DNA of 63,960 nucleotides, the filler included, from Chiloscyllium plagiosum (lineage: Eukaryota), in assembly GCF_004010195.1 (NCBI RefSeq). It is 4 parts of one record of this genome, joined end to end, with 100 filler letters (N's around TTAATTAATTAA, not from the genome) between each part and the next. Parts side by side here need not be neighbours in the genome. Positions count along the whole stretch, not along the records: positions 36,637 to 54,825 come from NC_057712.1; 3 more parts are not named here. One strand, given 5' to 3'. The notes below the pieces were generated by a model, which saw only the letters and a list, made by a program, of their open reading frames with translations, did not search any database and was not told the origin of the DNA. Positions 36,860 to 50,599 of this stretch are shown piece by piece. The stretch's first letter is position 1. Every line of letters begins with the position of its first letter. The translations under genes were made by a program, and so were the position numbers.

Positions 36860-39800
36860 AAATCAATGCATTCATTGCATTTGCCTTCGTGACTACTGAC
36901 TCAACCTGCAACTTTACTTTGAGAGAATTCTGGGCTAGAACTTCTGAGTCACTGTGTACCTCAGACTTCTGAATTTTCTACCCATTTAGAAGATTCTTCC
37001 AACTAAAGTGCATGACCTCACACTTACCCACATTGTACTCCATCTCCCACTTTTTTGCCCACTCTCCGAACCTGTCCAAATCCTTCTTCAGCCTCCCTGC
37101 CTCCTCAATGCTACTTGTCCCTCCACCTACCTTTGTATCATCTGCAAACATTGCCAGAATGCCCTCAGTTCCTTCATCTAGATCATTAATATATAAAGTG
37201 AAAAGTTGTGGTGCCAACACTGAGCCCTGCGGAACACCACTCGTCACCAGCCGCCATCCTGAGAAGGACCCTTTTATCTCACTCTCTGCTTTCTGCCAGA
37301 CAGCCAAGCTTCTGTAGGAAAAGTTTAGGAAAGGATTATAAGAGATAATATTTATAATCATCTAGCAAGCAACAAGTTGATTTCAGATAGTCAACATGGA
37401 TTCATCAAGGGCAGGTCATGCCATACAAACCCCATTGAGTTTTTTGAGAAGGTGACCAAACATGTGGATGAGGGTAGGGCAGTTGACGTGTTGTATATGG
37501 ACTTCAGTAAAGCCTTTGATAAGGTTCCAAATGGTAGGCTATTGGAGAAAATGCAGAGGCATGGGATTGAAGATGATTTGGCAGTTTGGATTAGGAACTA
37601 ACTTTCTGTAAGAAGGCAACGATGGTGGTTCATGAAAAATATTCAGCCTGGAGTCCGGTCACTAGTGGTGTGCCACAAGGATCTGTTTTGGGACCACTGC
37701 TGTTTGTCATTTTTATAAATGACTTGGATGCAGGCATAGGTGGATGGATTAGTAAGTTTGCAGATGATACTAAAGTTGGTGGAGGGGTTTACAGTGTGGA
37801 AGAATGTTGCAGATTGCAGGGAGATTTGGATAAACTGCAGGATTAGGCTGAAAGGTGGCAAATAAAGTTCAATGCAGATTCACTTTGGCAAGAATAACAG
37901 GAAGGCAGAATACTGGGTCAATAGAAAGATTCTTAGTAGAGTCATAGAGGTGTACAGCACAGAAACAGACCCTTCAGTCCAAACCATCCATGCCGACAAG
38001 ATATCCCAACCCAATCTAGTCCCACCTGCCAGCACCCAGCCCATATTCCTCCAAACTTTTCCTATTCATATACCCATCCAAATGCCTTTTAAATATTGCA
38101 ATTGTACTAGTCTCCACCACTTTCTCTGGCAGCTCATTCCACACATGTACCACCACATGCGTGAAAAGGCTGTCCCTTAGGTCTCTTTTATATCCTTCCC
38201 CACTCACCCTAAACCTAGTCCCTCTAGTTCTGGACTCCCCCAACCAGGGAAAAGACTTTGTCTATTTATCCTATCCATGTCCCTCATAATTTTGTAAACC
38301 TCTACAAGGTCATCCCTCAACCTCCGACGCTCCAGAGAAAACAGTCCCTGCCTGTTCAGCCTCTCCGTATAGCTCAAATCCTCCAACCCTGGCAACATCC
38401 TTGTAAATCTTTTCTGAACCCTTTCAAGTTTCACAACACCTTTCCAATAGGAAGGAGATCAGAATTGCATGCAATATTCCAACAGCAGCCAAACCAATGT
38501 CCTGTACAGCCACAACATGGCCTCCCAACGCCTGTACTCAATGAGCTATGAGCCTGCACTCCAAGGTCTCTTTGTTCAGCAACACTCCCTAGGACCTTAC
38601 CATTAAGTGCATCAGTCCTGCTAAAATTTGCTTTCCCAAAATACAGCACCTCGCATTTATCTGAATTAAACTCCATCTGCCACTTCTCAGCCCATTGGCC
38701 CATCTGGTCCAGATCCTGTTGTAATCTGAGGTAACCTTCTTCGCTGTTCACTATATCTCCAATTATGGTGTCATCTGCAAACTTATTAACTATACCTCTT
38801 ACGCTCACATCCAAATCATTTACATAAATGACAAAAAGTAGAGGACCCAGCACCGATCCTTGTGGCACTCCACTGGTCACAGGCCTCCAGTCTGAAAAAC
38901 AACCCTCCACCACCACCCTCTGTTCTACATTTGAGCCAGTTCTGTATCCAAATGGCTAGTTCTCTCTGTATTCTGTGAGATCTAACCTTGCTGACCAGTC
39001 TACCATGGGGAATCTTGTCGAACGCCTTACTGAAGGCTATATAGATCACGTCCACTGCTCTGCCCTCATCAATCCTCTTTTTTACTTCTTCAAAAAACTC
39101 AATCAAGTTTGTGAGATTTCCCATGCCATATTGACTATTCCTAACCAGTCCTTGCCTTTCCAAATACATGTACATCCTGTCCCTCAGGATTCCCTCCAAC
39201 AACATGCCCACCACCAACGTCAAGCTCACTGGTCTATAGTTCCCTGGCTTGTCATTACCACCCTTCTTAAACAGTGTCACTACATTAGCCAACCTCCAGT
39301 CTTCCGACACCTCACCTGTGATTATCGATGATACAAATATCTCAGCAAGTGGTAGTGTGGGTGTGCAGAGGGATCTTGGTGTCCATGTATATAGACCCCT
39401 GAAAGTTGCCACTCAAGTTGATAGTGCTGTTAAGAAGGCATACGGTGTGTTAGGTTTTACCGGTAGAGGGATTGAGTTCCGTAGCCGTGATGTCATGCTG
39501 CAACTACAAAAAATGCTAGTGCAGCCACACTTGGAGTATTGTGTACAGTTCTGGTTGCCCCATTACAGGAAGGATGTGGAAGCATTGGAAAAGGTGCAGA
39601 GGAGATTTACCAGGATGTTGCCTGGTCTGGAGCTTAGGTCGTATGAGCAAAGTTCTGTTGGGTCTGTTCTCATTGGTGAGAAGAAGGCTAAGAGGGGATT
39701 TAATAAAGACATACAGGATGATCAGAGGATTAGATAGGGTGGACAGTGAGAGTCTTTTTCCTTGGACGATGAAGTCAGCTTGTACGGGGTGGGGGTGGGA

Positions 39801-40800
39801 CATAGCTGCAATTTGAAGGGTGGTAGATTTAAGACAGATATCGGGGCAGGTTCTTTACTCAGAGAGTGGTAAGGGCGTGGAAAACCCTGCCTGCCAATGT
39901 AGTTAACTCAGCCACATTAGTGACATTTAAACAATCCTTGGAGAAGATTAGATTCCCTACAGTGCGGAAACAGGTCCTTCGGCCCAACAAGTCCACACTG
40001 ACCCTTCCGAAGAGTAACCCACCCATGACCCATTCCCCCACTAATGCACCTATCACTATAGGCAATTTAGCATGGCCAATTCACCTGACCTGCACATCTT
40101 TGGACTATGGGAGGAAACTGGAGCACCACTGGAAGAAGTACATGGATGTTGATGGGATAGTGTAGGGTGATGAGCTCAGATTAGTTCACAGATTGGCACA
40201 ACATTGAGGGCTGAAGGGCCTGTTCTGCACTGTACTGTTCTATGTTCTATCTATGCTAGTACCTTGTCTCTAACACCATGGGTGTTAGAGACAACCCTTA
40301 CTCAGTAGCCTCCTGTGCAGCACCTTGTCAAAGGCCGTCTTGAAGTCCAGATAGATAACATCCATTGGCTGTTCTTGGTCTAAAGTGTTCATTACTTCCT
40401 CAAAGAAGTTTAGCAGATTTGTCAGGCATGATCTCCCCTTGATGAAACCTCGCTGGCTTTGCCCTATTTTACCCTACACTTTTAAGTATTCAGAAATCTC
40501 ATCCTTCACTATGGATTCAAGTATCTTACCCATGATCGAGGTTAGTCTAGCTGGTCTGTAATTTTCGGTCTTTTGCCCTACTCTATTTTTAAACTGGGGT
40601 GTCACGTTAGTGATTTTCCTGTCCTCTGGGACCCTTCCTGAAAGATCACCATAAATGCCTTCAGTATCTCTTCAGCTCTCCCTTAGAACTCTGGGGTGTA
40701 GTCCATCTGGTCCAGGTGATTTATCCACCTTCAGGACATTCAATTTCTCTGGCACCTTCTCCTTGGTAAGGGTCATCATACTCAGCTCTGCCTCCTCAGT
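36860..40800. mobile_element. Three-level nested CR1 cluster plus a partial HE1 SINE (39944-40127)
   Basis: Minus CR1 (36860-37310 and 40250-40800) is split by a plus CR1 (37312-40250), which is split by a minus CR1 (37936-39345). Coding continuity is seen across the inserts. Confidence 0.8.
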
Positions 40801-41569
40801 CTCCTATATGCTGATGATTTAGCTGAGAGAACTAACTGTAGGATCTCAAAATTTGCAATTGCATAAAACTGGGGGCAAGGGTAAGATGAGAGCAGGATCC
40901 AGAGACGTTGCAGTGTGATTTGGACAGACTTAGGAGTGGTCAAATGCAAGACAGATGCAGTATGATGACAATAAATGTGAGGTTATCTACTTTGGTAGCA
41001 AAAACAGGAAGACAGATTAATATCTGAATAGCTGTAAATTTAAAAGTATGCTATTAAGTTTAAAGAGTGTAGAACGATTGTAGGAAATAGGAAACTTAGA
41101 TCTGCATGCAAGAGCTCGCAAGAAGTCGACCATATCCGGCGTCATCTTGCATCCAGCATGTTTTATTGTAATTATACAGGGCATTGGTGAGGTTAAAGTG
41201 AGGACTGCAGATGCTGGAGATCAGAGCTGAAAATGTGTTGCTGGAAAAGCGCAGCAGGTCAGGCAGCATCCAAGGAACAGGAGAATCGACGTTTCGGGCA
41301 TAAGCCCTTCTTCAGGAAACACTTGGTGAGGTTACACTTGGAATACTGTGTGCCGTTTTGGTTTCCTTATCTGATAAGCACATCACCTGACAAAGGAGCA
41401 GTGCTCCAAAAACTTATGATTTAAAATAAATCTTTGACCTGGTATTGTGTGACTTCTGACTGTCCACCCCAGTCCAGCACCGGCATTTCCACATCAGATC
41501 TGAGGAAGGATATTCTTGTCATAGACAGAGTGCAGTGAAGATTTACCAAATTGATTCCTGGAATGATTT

Positions 41570-41775
41570 GGAGATGCTGGTGTTGGACTGGGGTGTACAA
41601 AGTTAAAGGTCACACAACACCAGGTTATAGTCCAACAGGTTTAATTGCAAGCACTAGCTTTCAGAGCGTTGCTCCTTCATCAGGTGTTTGTGGAGTATAA
41701 GATCTTAAGACACAGAATTTATAGCAAAATTTTACAGTGTGATGTAACTGAAATTATATATTGAAAAAGACCTGG
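41570..41775 (-). mobile_element. Third PLE-like terminal family with a hammerhead motif (41652-41686); degenerate plus-strand copy at 41384-41497
   Basis: Minus strand reads CAC-CTGATGA-A-GGAGC-aac-GCTCT-GAAA-G-CTA^GTG. Confidence 0.7.
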
Positions 41776-42124
41776 TGTGAAGATGAGGGTTGTTCATTGA
41801 ATAAGGGGGATCTGATTGAAACCCATAAAATTTTAACAGTACAAAACAGGTTAGATGCTGGAAGGATATTCCAGATAGTGAGGGAATCCAGAATAAGGGA
41901 GGAATAGATTAAGGATAAGGGGTAACCCTTTTAAGATTGAGATGAGGAGTAATTTCTTTATCCAGAATAGTGAGCCTGTGGAATTCATAACCACAGAATG
42001 TCGTTGAGAAAGAAAATGATTTCGCTTTTGTCACAAAAGGGATCAAGGGACATGGGACGAGGGCAATTTAGGCTATTGAGCTTGATGATCATTTGTGATC
42101 ACACTGACTGGCACATCAGGTATT

Positions 42125-42440
42125 GATGGCATCGTGGCATTATCGCTAGATTATTAATCTAGAGATTTTGGGAATGCTCTGGAAACCTGAGTTAAAATCC
42201 TGCCATGAGAAATTTGAATTCAATAAATATCTGGAGTTAAAAGTTAAAAAACAACCACAAATTGTTGTTCATTATCAGGAAAAACTTATCTGGTTCACTC
42301 ATATTCTTTAGGGAAGGAAACTGCTGTCCTTACCAGGTCTGGCCAACATGTGACTTCGGAACCATAGCAACTTGGCTGACATTTAAACTGCCCTCTGGGC
42401 AATTAGGGATGAGTAATAAATGCTGGCCTGGCTAGTGATG
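42125..42440 (+). mobile_element. DeuSINE (SacSINE1-like)
   Basis: Deu-domain-like ATCTGGTTCACT...TTTAGGGAAGGAAA...TCCTTACC.GGTCTGGCC.ACATGTGACT and tail GGCAATTAGGGATG..AATAAATGCTGGCC. Other copies at about 43365-43590 plus 46095-46180 (minus, split by a CR1) and 58815-59030. Confidence 0.75.
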
Positions 42441-43587
42441 GTACTTCTTCCCCTGTATTCTTTAGTATTAGTGAGATGTTTGAAGTATCTTCCACTGTAA
42501 TGAGTGATGTAAAATATCTATTTAACTCCTCGACTATTTTCTTGTGAGGTGGTTTCATTGAAATATAAAGGATTCTTAAGGGCCTTTATCGGGTAAAAAG
42601 TCTAGGATCAGCCAACATAGTCTAACAAAGGGCTGCCAATGTAAGACTGATCATGTGGCAAAACAGCTCAAAGGGCCAATAGTCTATTGATGCTCCTATT
42701 TTCTGGGTTGTATTTTTCTAAGGAGTGACATAGCATATAATAGCAAAAAAAATTGTTGAAGTTACACTGGACAATCACACTGACTTAAAAGGAAGAGGTA
42801 AACAGAAAAAGAATAGAAAGAACTTATTATTTATTCACAGGATGTGATTATCACCAGCAAGGCCCCATTTATTTCCAATTTTTACATGCCTTGAATGGGG
42901 GTGAGTCACATTCAGGCAATATTGCAGTCCACATTTGTGTGCGGCCACACCTGAAGGTTTCAGGTGTTTGACCAAGCAATAACAAAAGAACATGAATATC
43001 TTTCTAAATTAGGGCTTGTGTGTTGCTTGGAAGAGAACTTGCTGTTACGGGTATTTCTAAGTAACTGTTATTCTGGTCCTTCTAGATGGTAAATGGTTAC
43101 GGGTTTGGAAGATGCTGTCAAAGGAGCGTTGTTGAATTACTGCGTGCATCTTATAAATGGTACACCTTGCTGCTACTGAGCATCACTGGTGGGGTAAGTG
43201 AATGTTGCAGGATGGAGAATGGAGTGACAATCAAGCAGGCTGCTTTGTTCAAGATGATGTCAAGCTTCTTGAGTGAGCAAGAAAAGCACAAATTCTCATA
43301 GTTGCAACTTTCTAGCCCTGACAACATCCTTGAAACACCCTACATACTGGGGAGGCAGTGGCTTTTCCTTTAATTCATTCATAGGATGTGGGTTCGCTGG
43401 CTGGGCCTGCATTTAATACCTATTAACAGTTAACAGTCAACCACATTGCTGTGAGTCTGTAGTCACATGTAAGCTAAACCAGGTAAGCATAGCAGATTTC
43501 CTTCCTTTAAGGCCATTAATGAACGAGATGGGTTCCCCCCCAAAAAAACAATGGTCATCATTAGGCTCTTAATTCCAGATTTTTTCA

Positions 43588-46092
43588 ATAGACAATAGGT
43601 GCAGGAGTAGGCCATTCGGACCTTCGAGCCTGCACCACCATTCATTATGATCATGGCTGATCATCCTCAATCAGTATCCTGTTCCTGCCTTATCCCCATA
43701 ACCCTTGATTCCACTATCTTAAAGAGCTCTATCCAACTCTTTCTTGAAAGTAGCCAGAGACTTGGCCTCCACAGCCTTCTGGGGCAGAGCATTCCACACA
43801 GCCACCACTCTCTGGGTGAAGAAGTTTCTCCTCAACTCTGTTCTAAGTGGCCTACCCCTTATTTTTAAACTGTGTCCTTTGGTTCGGGACTCACCCATCA
43901 GCAGACTCATGTTTCCTGCCTCCAGAGTGTCCAATCCTTTAATAATCTTATATGTCTCAACCAGATCCCCTCTCAGCCTTCTAAACTCAAGTGTATATAA
44001 GCCCAGTCACTCCAATCTTTCAGCGTAAGATAGTCCCGCCATTCCGGGAATAAACCTCATGAACCTACGTGCACTTCCTCAATAGCCAGAATGTCCTTCC
44101 TCAAATTTGGAGACCAAAACTGCGCACAATATTCCAGGTGCGGTCTCACCAGGACCCTGAACAGCTGCAGAAGGACCTCTTTGCTTCTATACTCAATTCC
44201 TCTTGTTGTGAAGGCCAGCATGCTATTAGCTTTCTTCACTACCTGCTGTACCTGCATGTTTGCTTTCATTGACTGATGTACAAGAACACCTAGATCTCGT
44301 TGTACTGCCCCTTTACCTAACTTGACTCCATTTAGGTAGTAATCTGCCTTCCTGTTCTTGCCACCAAAGTGGATAACCACACATTTAAACTGCATCTGAC
44401 ATGCATCCATCCACTCACCTCGCCTGTCCAAGTCACCCTGTAATCTCATAACATCCTCCTCACATTTCGCCCTGCCACCCAGCTTTGTGTCATCAGCAAA
44501 TTTGTTAATATTACTTTTAATACCTTCATCCATATCATTAATATATATTGTAAAAAGCTGCGGTCCCAGCACTGATCCCTGCGGCACATCACTGGTCACC
44601 GCCTGCCATTCCAAAAGAGAGCTGTTTATCACTACTTTGTTTCCTGACAGCCAACCAATTTTTCAATCCATGTCAGTATTTTGCCCCTAATACCATGTGC
44701 CCTAATTTTGCTCACTAACCTCCTATGTGGGACTTTATCAAAAGCTTTCTGCAAGTCCAGGTACACTACATCTACTGGATCTCTCTCATCCATCTTCAGA
44801 GTTACATTCTCAAAAAATTCCAGAAGATTAGTCAAGCATGATTTCCCCTTCATAAATCCATGCTGACTCTGACCTATTCCATTACTGCTATCCAGCTGTG
44901 TCGTAATTTCATCCTTTATAGTTGACTCCAGCATTTTTCCCACCACTGAGGTCAGACTAACTGGTCTATAATTCTCTGTTTTCTCTCTCCTTCCTTTCTT
45001 AAAAAGTGGGACAACATTAGCCACCCTCCAATCCGCAGGAACTGATCCTGAATCTATCGAACTCTGGAAAATAATCACCAACNNNNNNNNNNNNNNNNNN
45101 NNNNNNNNNNNNNNNNNNNNNNNNNNNNNNNNNNNNNNNNNNNNNNNNNNNNNNNNNNNNNNNNNNNNNNNNNNNNNNNNNNNNNNNNNNNNNNNNNNNN
45201 NNNNNNNNNNNNNNNNNNNNNNNNNNNNNNNNNNNNNNNNNNNNNNNNNNNNNNNNNNNNNNNNNNNNNNNNNNNNNNNNNNNNNNNNNNNNNNNNNNNN
45301 NNNNNNNNNNNNNNNNNNNNNNNNNNNNNNNNNNNNNNNNNNNNNNNNNNNNNNNNNNNNNNNNNNNNNNNNNNNNNNNNNNNNNNNNNNNNNNNNNNNN
45401 NNNNNNNNNNNNNNNNNNNNNNNNNNNNNNNNNNNNNNNNNNNNNNNNNNNNNNNNNNNNNNNNNNNNNNNNNNNNNNNNNNNNNNNNNNNNNNNNNNNN
45501 NNNNNNNNNNNNNNNNNNNNNNNNNNNNNNNNNNNNNNNNNNNNNNNNNNNNNNNNNNNNNNNNNNNNNNNNNNNNNNNNNNNNNNNNNNNNNNNNNNNN
45601 NNNNNNNNNNNNNNNNNNNNNNNNNNNNNNNNNNNNNNNNNNNNNNNNNNNNNNNNNNNNNNNNNNNNNNNNNNNNNNNNNNNNNNNNNNNNNNNNNNNN
45701 NNNNNNNNNNNNNNNNNNNNNNNNNNNNNNNNNNNNNNNNNNNTACCATCCTGATTCTCCCAGTCTACCTGCATGTTGAAATCCCCCATAACAACTGTAA
45801 TAATATCTTTGCAACAGGCCAATTTCAGCTCCTTATTCAACTTACACACTACATCCAGGCTACTGTTTGGGGGCCTGTAGATAACTCCCATTAGGGTCTT
45901 TCTACCCTTAGAATTTCTCAGCTCTATCCATACTGACTCTACATCCCCTGATTCTCGGTACCCCCGCGCAAGGGACTGAATATCATTCCTCACCAACAGG
46001 GCCACCTCACCCCCTCTGCCAGTCAGTCTGTCCTTATGATAGGATGTATAGCCTTGAATATTCATTCCCCAGGCCCTGTCCACTTGAAGCCA
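43588..46092 (-). mobile_element. Long CR1 ORF2 (EN to 3' tail, gapped) inserted in a DeuSINE
   Basis: [50 protein letters not shown]. Confidence 0.92.
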
Positions 46093-46199
46093 CTTTTACT
46101 GGATCCAAATTCCACTGTTTGCTGTGGCAGGATTTGAACCTGCATCCCTAGAATATTATCAGGGTCTCTAGATTAATACTGGAGAGACTTTTCCCTTCC

Positions 46200-46895
46200 G
46201 CCTTCTACTGTCTACCAAACTCAACTGCAAACTCCAAAACTTAGTACTCTGTAAGGATGGGAGACAATGCCTCAAATCCAAGACCCCACAAAGCTGCATG
46301 CTCAGCCCCTTACACACCCACAATTATGTGGCCAAATTCAGCTTTAATTCCATTCACAAGTTTACTGATGACACCACCATAATAGATCTGACCTTTAACA
46401 ATGACAAGGCGAAAAACATGAAAGAGATAGCGAGCTTAGTAGCATGGTGTAAAGCCAAAAGTCTTTCCCTCAATGTCGTAAAATGAGGGAGCTGGTCATT
46501 GACTTCAGGAAGCAGAGTTGAGGGCATGCTCCTGTCTGGAACAATGGTGCTGAACTGGAGATGGTTGAGAGCTTCATGTCCCTAAGAGTAAATATCACCA
46601 ACAATCCTGTCCTGGCCATCTACATCTACGCCACGGTCAAGAAAACACATCAACGCCTCTACCTCCGCAGAAGGTTAAGAAAATTCGGCATGTCCACAAT
46701 GACTCATCCAATTTTTAAAATTGCAGCAGAAAAAGCATCCTATTCAGATACATGACATCATGTTATGACAACTGCTTTCTGCCCAAGACCGCAAGAAATT
46801 ACAGCTGTGAATACAACTCTATCCGTCACACAAATCAGGCTTCCATCCACTGACTCCGTTTATACTTCTTCCTGCTTCGGGAAAGCAGTAAACAT
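46200..46895 (+). mobile_element. Rex1/Babar-clade LINE RT fragment
   Basis: IHKFTDDTTII...EIASLVAWC...LSLNVVK, ELVIDFRK, VESF..L.VNIT, KKTHQRLYL.RRLRKFG. These are Rex1-type motifs, distinct from CR1. Confidence 0.8.
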
Positions 46896-46899
46896 GACA

Positions 46900-49800
46900 G
46901 ATAGAGTCACAGAGTCCGACAGCACAGAGACAGGCCCTTTGACCCAAACTGGGCCATGCCGACCAAGATGTCCGTCCAGGCTAACCCCATTTCCCTGCAC
47001 TTGGCCCATATCCTTTTAAACCTTTCCTATCCATGCATTTGTCCAAATGCCTTTTAAATATTGTTAATGTACCCGCTTCAACCACTTCCACTGGCAGTTC
47101 ATTCCATATGAGGATCACCTTCTGCGTAAATAAGTTGCCCCTCAGGTTCCCTTTTATTCTTTCCCCTCTAACCTTAAACTGATGCCCTCTCGTCCATGAT
47201 TCCCCAACCCTAGGTAAAATACTGAGTGCATTCACCCTATCCATACCTCTCATATTATACACTTCTCAGTCTCCTACGCTCTAAAGAAAACAGTCCCAGC
47301 TTGTCCAACCTCTTCCTATAACTCACACCTTTGAGTCCTGGCAACATCTTTATAAATTTCTTCTGCACTCTTTCCAGTTTAGCAACATCCTTCCTACAGC
47401 AGGGTGACTAATACTGAACACAAGTGCGGCCTCACCAATGTCCTGTCCAACTGCAATAGAACTTTCCAATTTCTATATTCCATGCCCTGACTGATGAAGG
47501 CCAGTGTGCCGAAGCCTCCTTCACTGCCCTGTCGAATTGTGACTTCACTTTCAGAGAACTATGAACTATGACCTAAGAACTCCACGGTCCCTCTGTTCCA
47601 CTACACTCCTTAAGGCCCTACCATTCACCACGAAACTCGTACCTTGATTTGACTTTCCAAAATGTAAGACCTCACACTTGTCTATATTAAACTCCATTTG
47701 CCATTTCTCAGCCCACTTCCCCAGCTGATCAAAATCCTACTGCAAAATAATCTTCCTCACTGTCCAAAATACCGCCTATTTTAGTGTCATCTGCAAACTT
47801 ACGAGTTTTGCCTTCTATATTCTCATCCAAATTATTGATACAGATAAGAAACAGCAATGGGCCCAGCACCAATCCCTAAGGCACTCCACTAGTCACAGGA
47901 CTCCAGTCCAATAAGCAGCCTTCCACTACTACCCTCTGCTTCCTACCATCAAGCCAATTGTGTATCCAATTTTCCAGCTCCCCCTAGATTCCATGCGATC
48001 TAACTTTCCAGAACAGACTACCTTATCAAAGGCCTTACTGTCTTCTATATAGACAAAGTCCATCACCTTGCCCTCTTCAATCTTCCTGGTCACTTCATTC
48101 AAGAACTCTAACAAATTTGTGAGGCATGATCTCCCATACACCAAGCTATGCTGACTATTCCTAATCAAACCATTTCTTTCCAAATGCACGTATATCTTAT
48201 CCCTTAGAATCTTCTCAAGTAACTTACGCACCACAGATGCCCTTCTTGAATAAGGGCACAACACACGCTGCCCTCCAATCTTCCAGGACCTCACCCGTGG
48301 CAAACGATGATGCAAAAATATCAGCTAGGCCCTGCAATTTCTACTCTAGCCTCTTGCAGTGTTCTTGGATATATCTAGTCAGGACCAGGAATCCACTTTC
48401 ATGCACTCTAATAGATCGAACACCTCCTCTACTGTGATATCGATTGTCCCCAAGATATGACCAAAATCTTCCACAATGCATGACCTACCCTTCACAAAAC
48501 CATGTTGACTATCCCATATCAAATTATTCCTTTGCAGATGATTATAAATCCTATCCCTTATAACCTTTCCCAACACCCTACTCAAACCGAAGTAAGGCTC
48601 ACTAGCCTATAATTACCAGGGTTGTGCCTACTCCCCTTCTTAAACAAGGGAACTACATTTGCTACCCTCCAGTCCTCTGGCACTACTCCTGTTGACAATA
48701 ATGACATAAACATCAAAGCCAAAGGCTCTGTAATCTCCACCTTGTCTTCCCAGAGAATCTGAGGATAAATCCCATCTGCCCAGGGGTCTTATCTATTTTC
48801 AGATCTTCCAAAATTGCTAAAAACCTCCTCCTTGTCAGCTGCAATCCCATCAAATCCAGTAGCCTGTATCTCCATATTCTCACTAACATTCCCCTTTTCC
48901 AATGTGAATACTGATGAAAAGTATTCATTAAGCACTTCCCCTATGTCCTCAGATTCCACACACAACTTCCCACTGCTGGCTTTGATTGTCCCTAATCTTA
49001 CTCTAGTCATTCTTTTATCGCTAATTTACCGTAGTAAGTTTTGAGAAGATTTGTAGCTTACGTTGAGATTCTGGATGTAAGTTTGCTCGCTGAGCTGAAA
49101 GGTTCATTTTCAGACGTCTCATCACCATACTAGGTAACATCTTCAGTGGGCCTCCAGACAAAGCACTGCTGATTATTCCTGCTTTCTATTTATATGTTTG
49201 GGTTTCTTTGGATTGTTGATGTCATTCCCTGTGGTGATGTCATTTCCTGTTCTTTTTCTCAGGGGGTGGTAAATGGGGTCCAAATCAACGTGTTTGTTGA
49301 TAGAGTTCCGGTTGGAATGCCATGCTTCTACGAATTCTCGTATGTGTCTCTGTTTGGCTTGTCCTAGGATGGATGTATTGTCCCAGTCAAAGTAGTGTCC
49401 TTCCTTATCTGTATGTAAGGATACTAGGGAGAGAGGGTCATGTCGTTTTGTGGATGCCATGATGAACATAGGCATTAGGGTTTTCCTTGATCCTATCCGC
49501 CAACAACTTCTAATATCCCCTCCTTCCTCTTCTTAGCCCTCTCTTTACATCTTTTCTGGCTAACTTATAACTCTCAAGCCACCTAACTGAGGCTTCACAC
49601 CTCTTCCTCACATAAGCCTTCTTCTTTTTCTTGACAAGAGCTTTAACTTCTTTAGTAAACCATGGCTCCCTCTCTCGACCACTACTTCCCTACCTGATAG
49701 GTATATACTTATCAAGGACCCGCAGTGTCCATCCCCTGCAGTTTTCTTCCCCATCTTATGCATCCTAAATCTTGCCTAATTGCATCATAATTGCATTTCC

Positions 49801-50190
49801 CCCAGTTATACCTCTTGCCCTGCGGTATACACCTATCCCTGCCCATTGCTATTGTAAACATAACAGAATTGTCATCACTATCGCCAAAGTACACACCTAC
49901 CTCCAAATCTAACACCTAACCAGGTTCATTCCCCAGTACCAAATCCAATATGGCTTCGCCCCTTGTTGCCTGTCTACATACTATGTAGAAAACTCTCCTG
50001 CACACATTGAACAAAAACTGATCCATTGTGACCTCTCCTTTACTATTTCTAACCTCAGCCCAAACTACCTCAGTGAATGAGTCCTCAAACATTATCTCAG
50101 CTGCTGTAATACTATCCTTGATTAACAATGCCACACCTCGCCCCCCCCCCCCCCCCCCGCCCTCCCTCCTTTTACCATCTCCTCTGTTCT
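46900..50190 (-). mobile_element. CR1 fragments with a nested Poseidon PLE 3' end (49038-49460)
   Basis: RT and EN motifs. The PLE part reads KRHDPLSLVSLHTD...REFVEAWH and has a degenerate hammerhead at about 49110-49150. Confidence 0.85.
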
Positions 50191-50599
50191 TACTGCAACA
50201 CCTCATTGCAGTTGAATACAGATTGCTTCAGCAAACATCTGTATTTCTAACCATAAGGTAGAGGGAAGGTCATTGATGAAGCAGCTGAAGATGGTTGGGC
50301 TGAGGACACTACCCTGAGAAGCTCCTGCAGACATTTCCTATAGATGCGATGATTGTCCTCTAACATCCTCAACCATCTTCTAATGTGTCAGGTATGACTC
50401 CAACCAACAGAACGTTTGCCGCATGGTATCCATTGATTCCAGTTTTCCTCAGGCTCCTTGGTGCCACACTAGTTCGAATGCAGCCATAATATCAAGGCTG
50501 TCACTCTCATCTCACCTCTGGAATTCAGCTCGTTCATATGTTTATCTAATGACCATTTAAATGCCCTTAAAGTTGGTGAGTCTACTACTGTTGCAGGCA

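Noticed and set aside
41233..41424. Recurrent small ORFs (MCCWKSAAGQAASKEQENRRFGHKPF..., MWKQALRPNK...)
   Set aside because: Incidental translations of PLE termini and HE1 SINEs.
50141..50160. Poly-C run giving poly-Gly/Pro ORFs
   Set aside because: Homopolymer expansion inside a CR1 endonuclease remnant.
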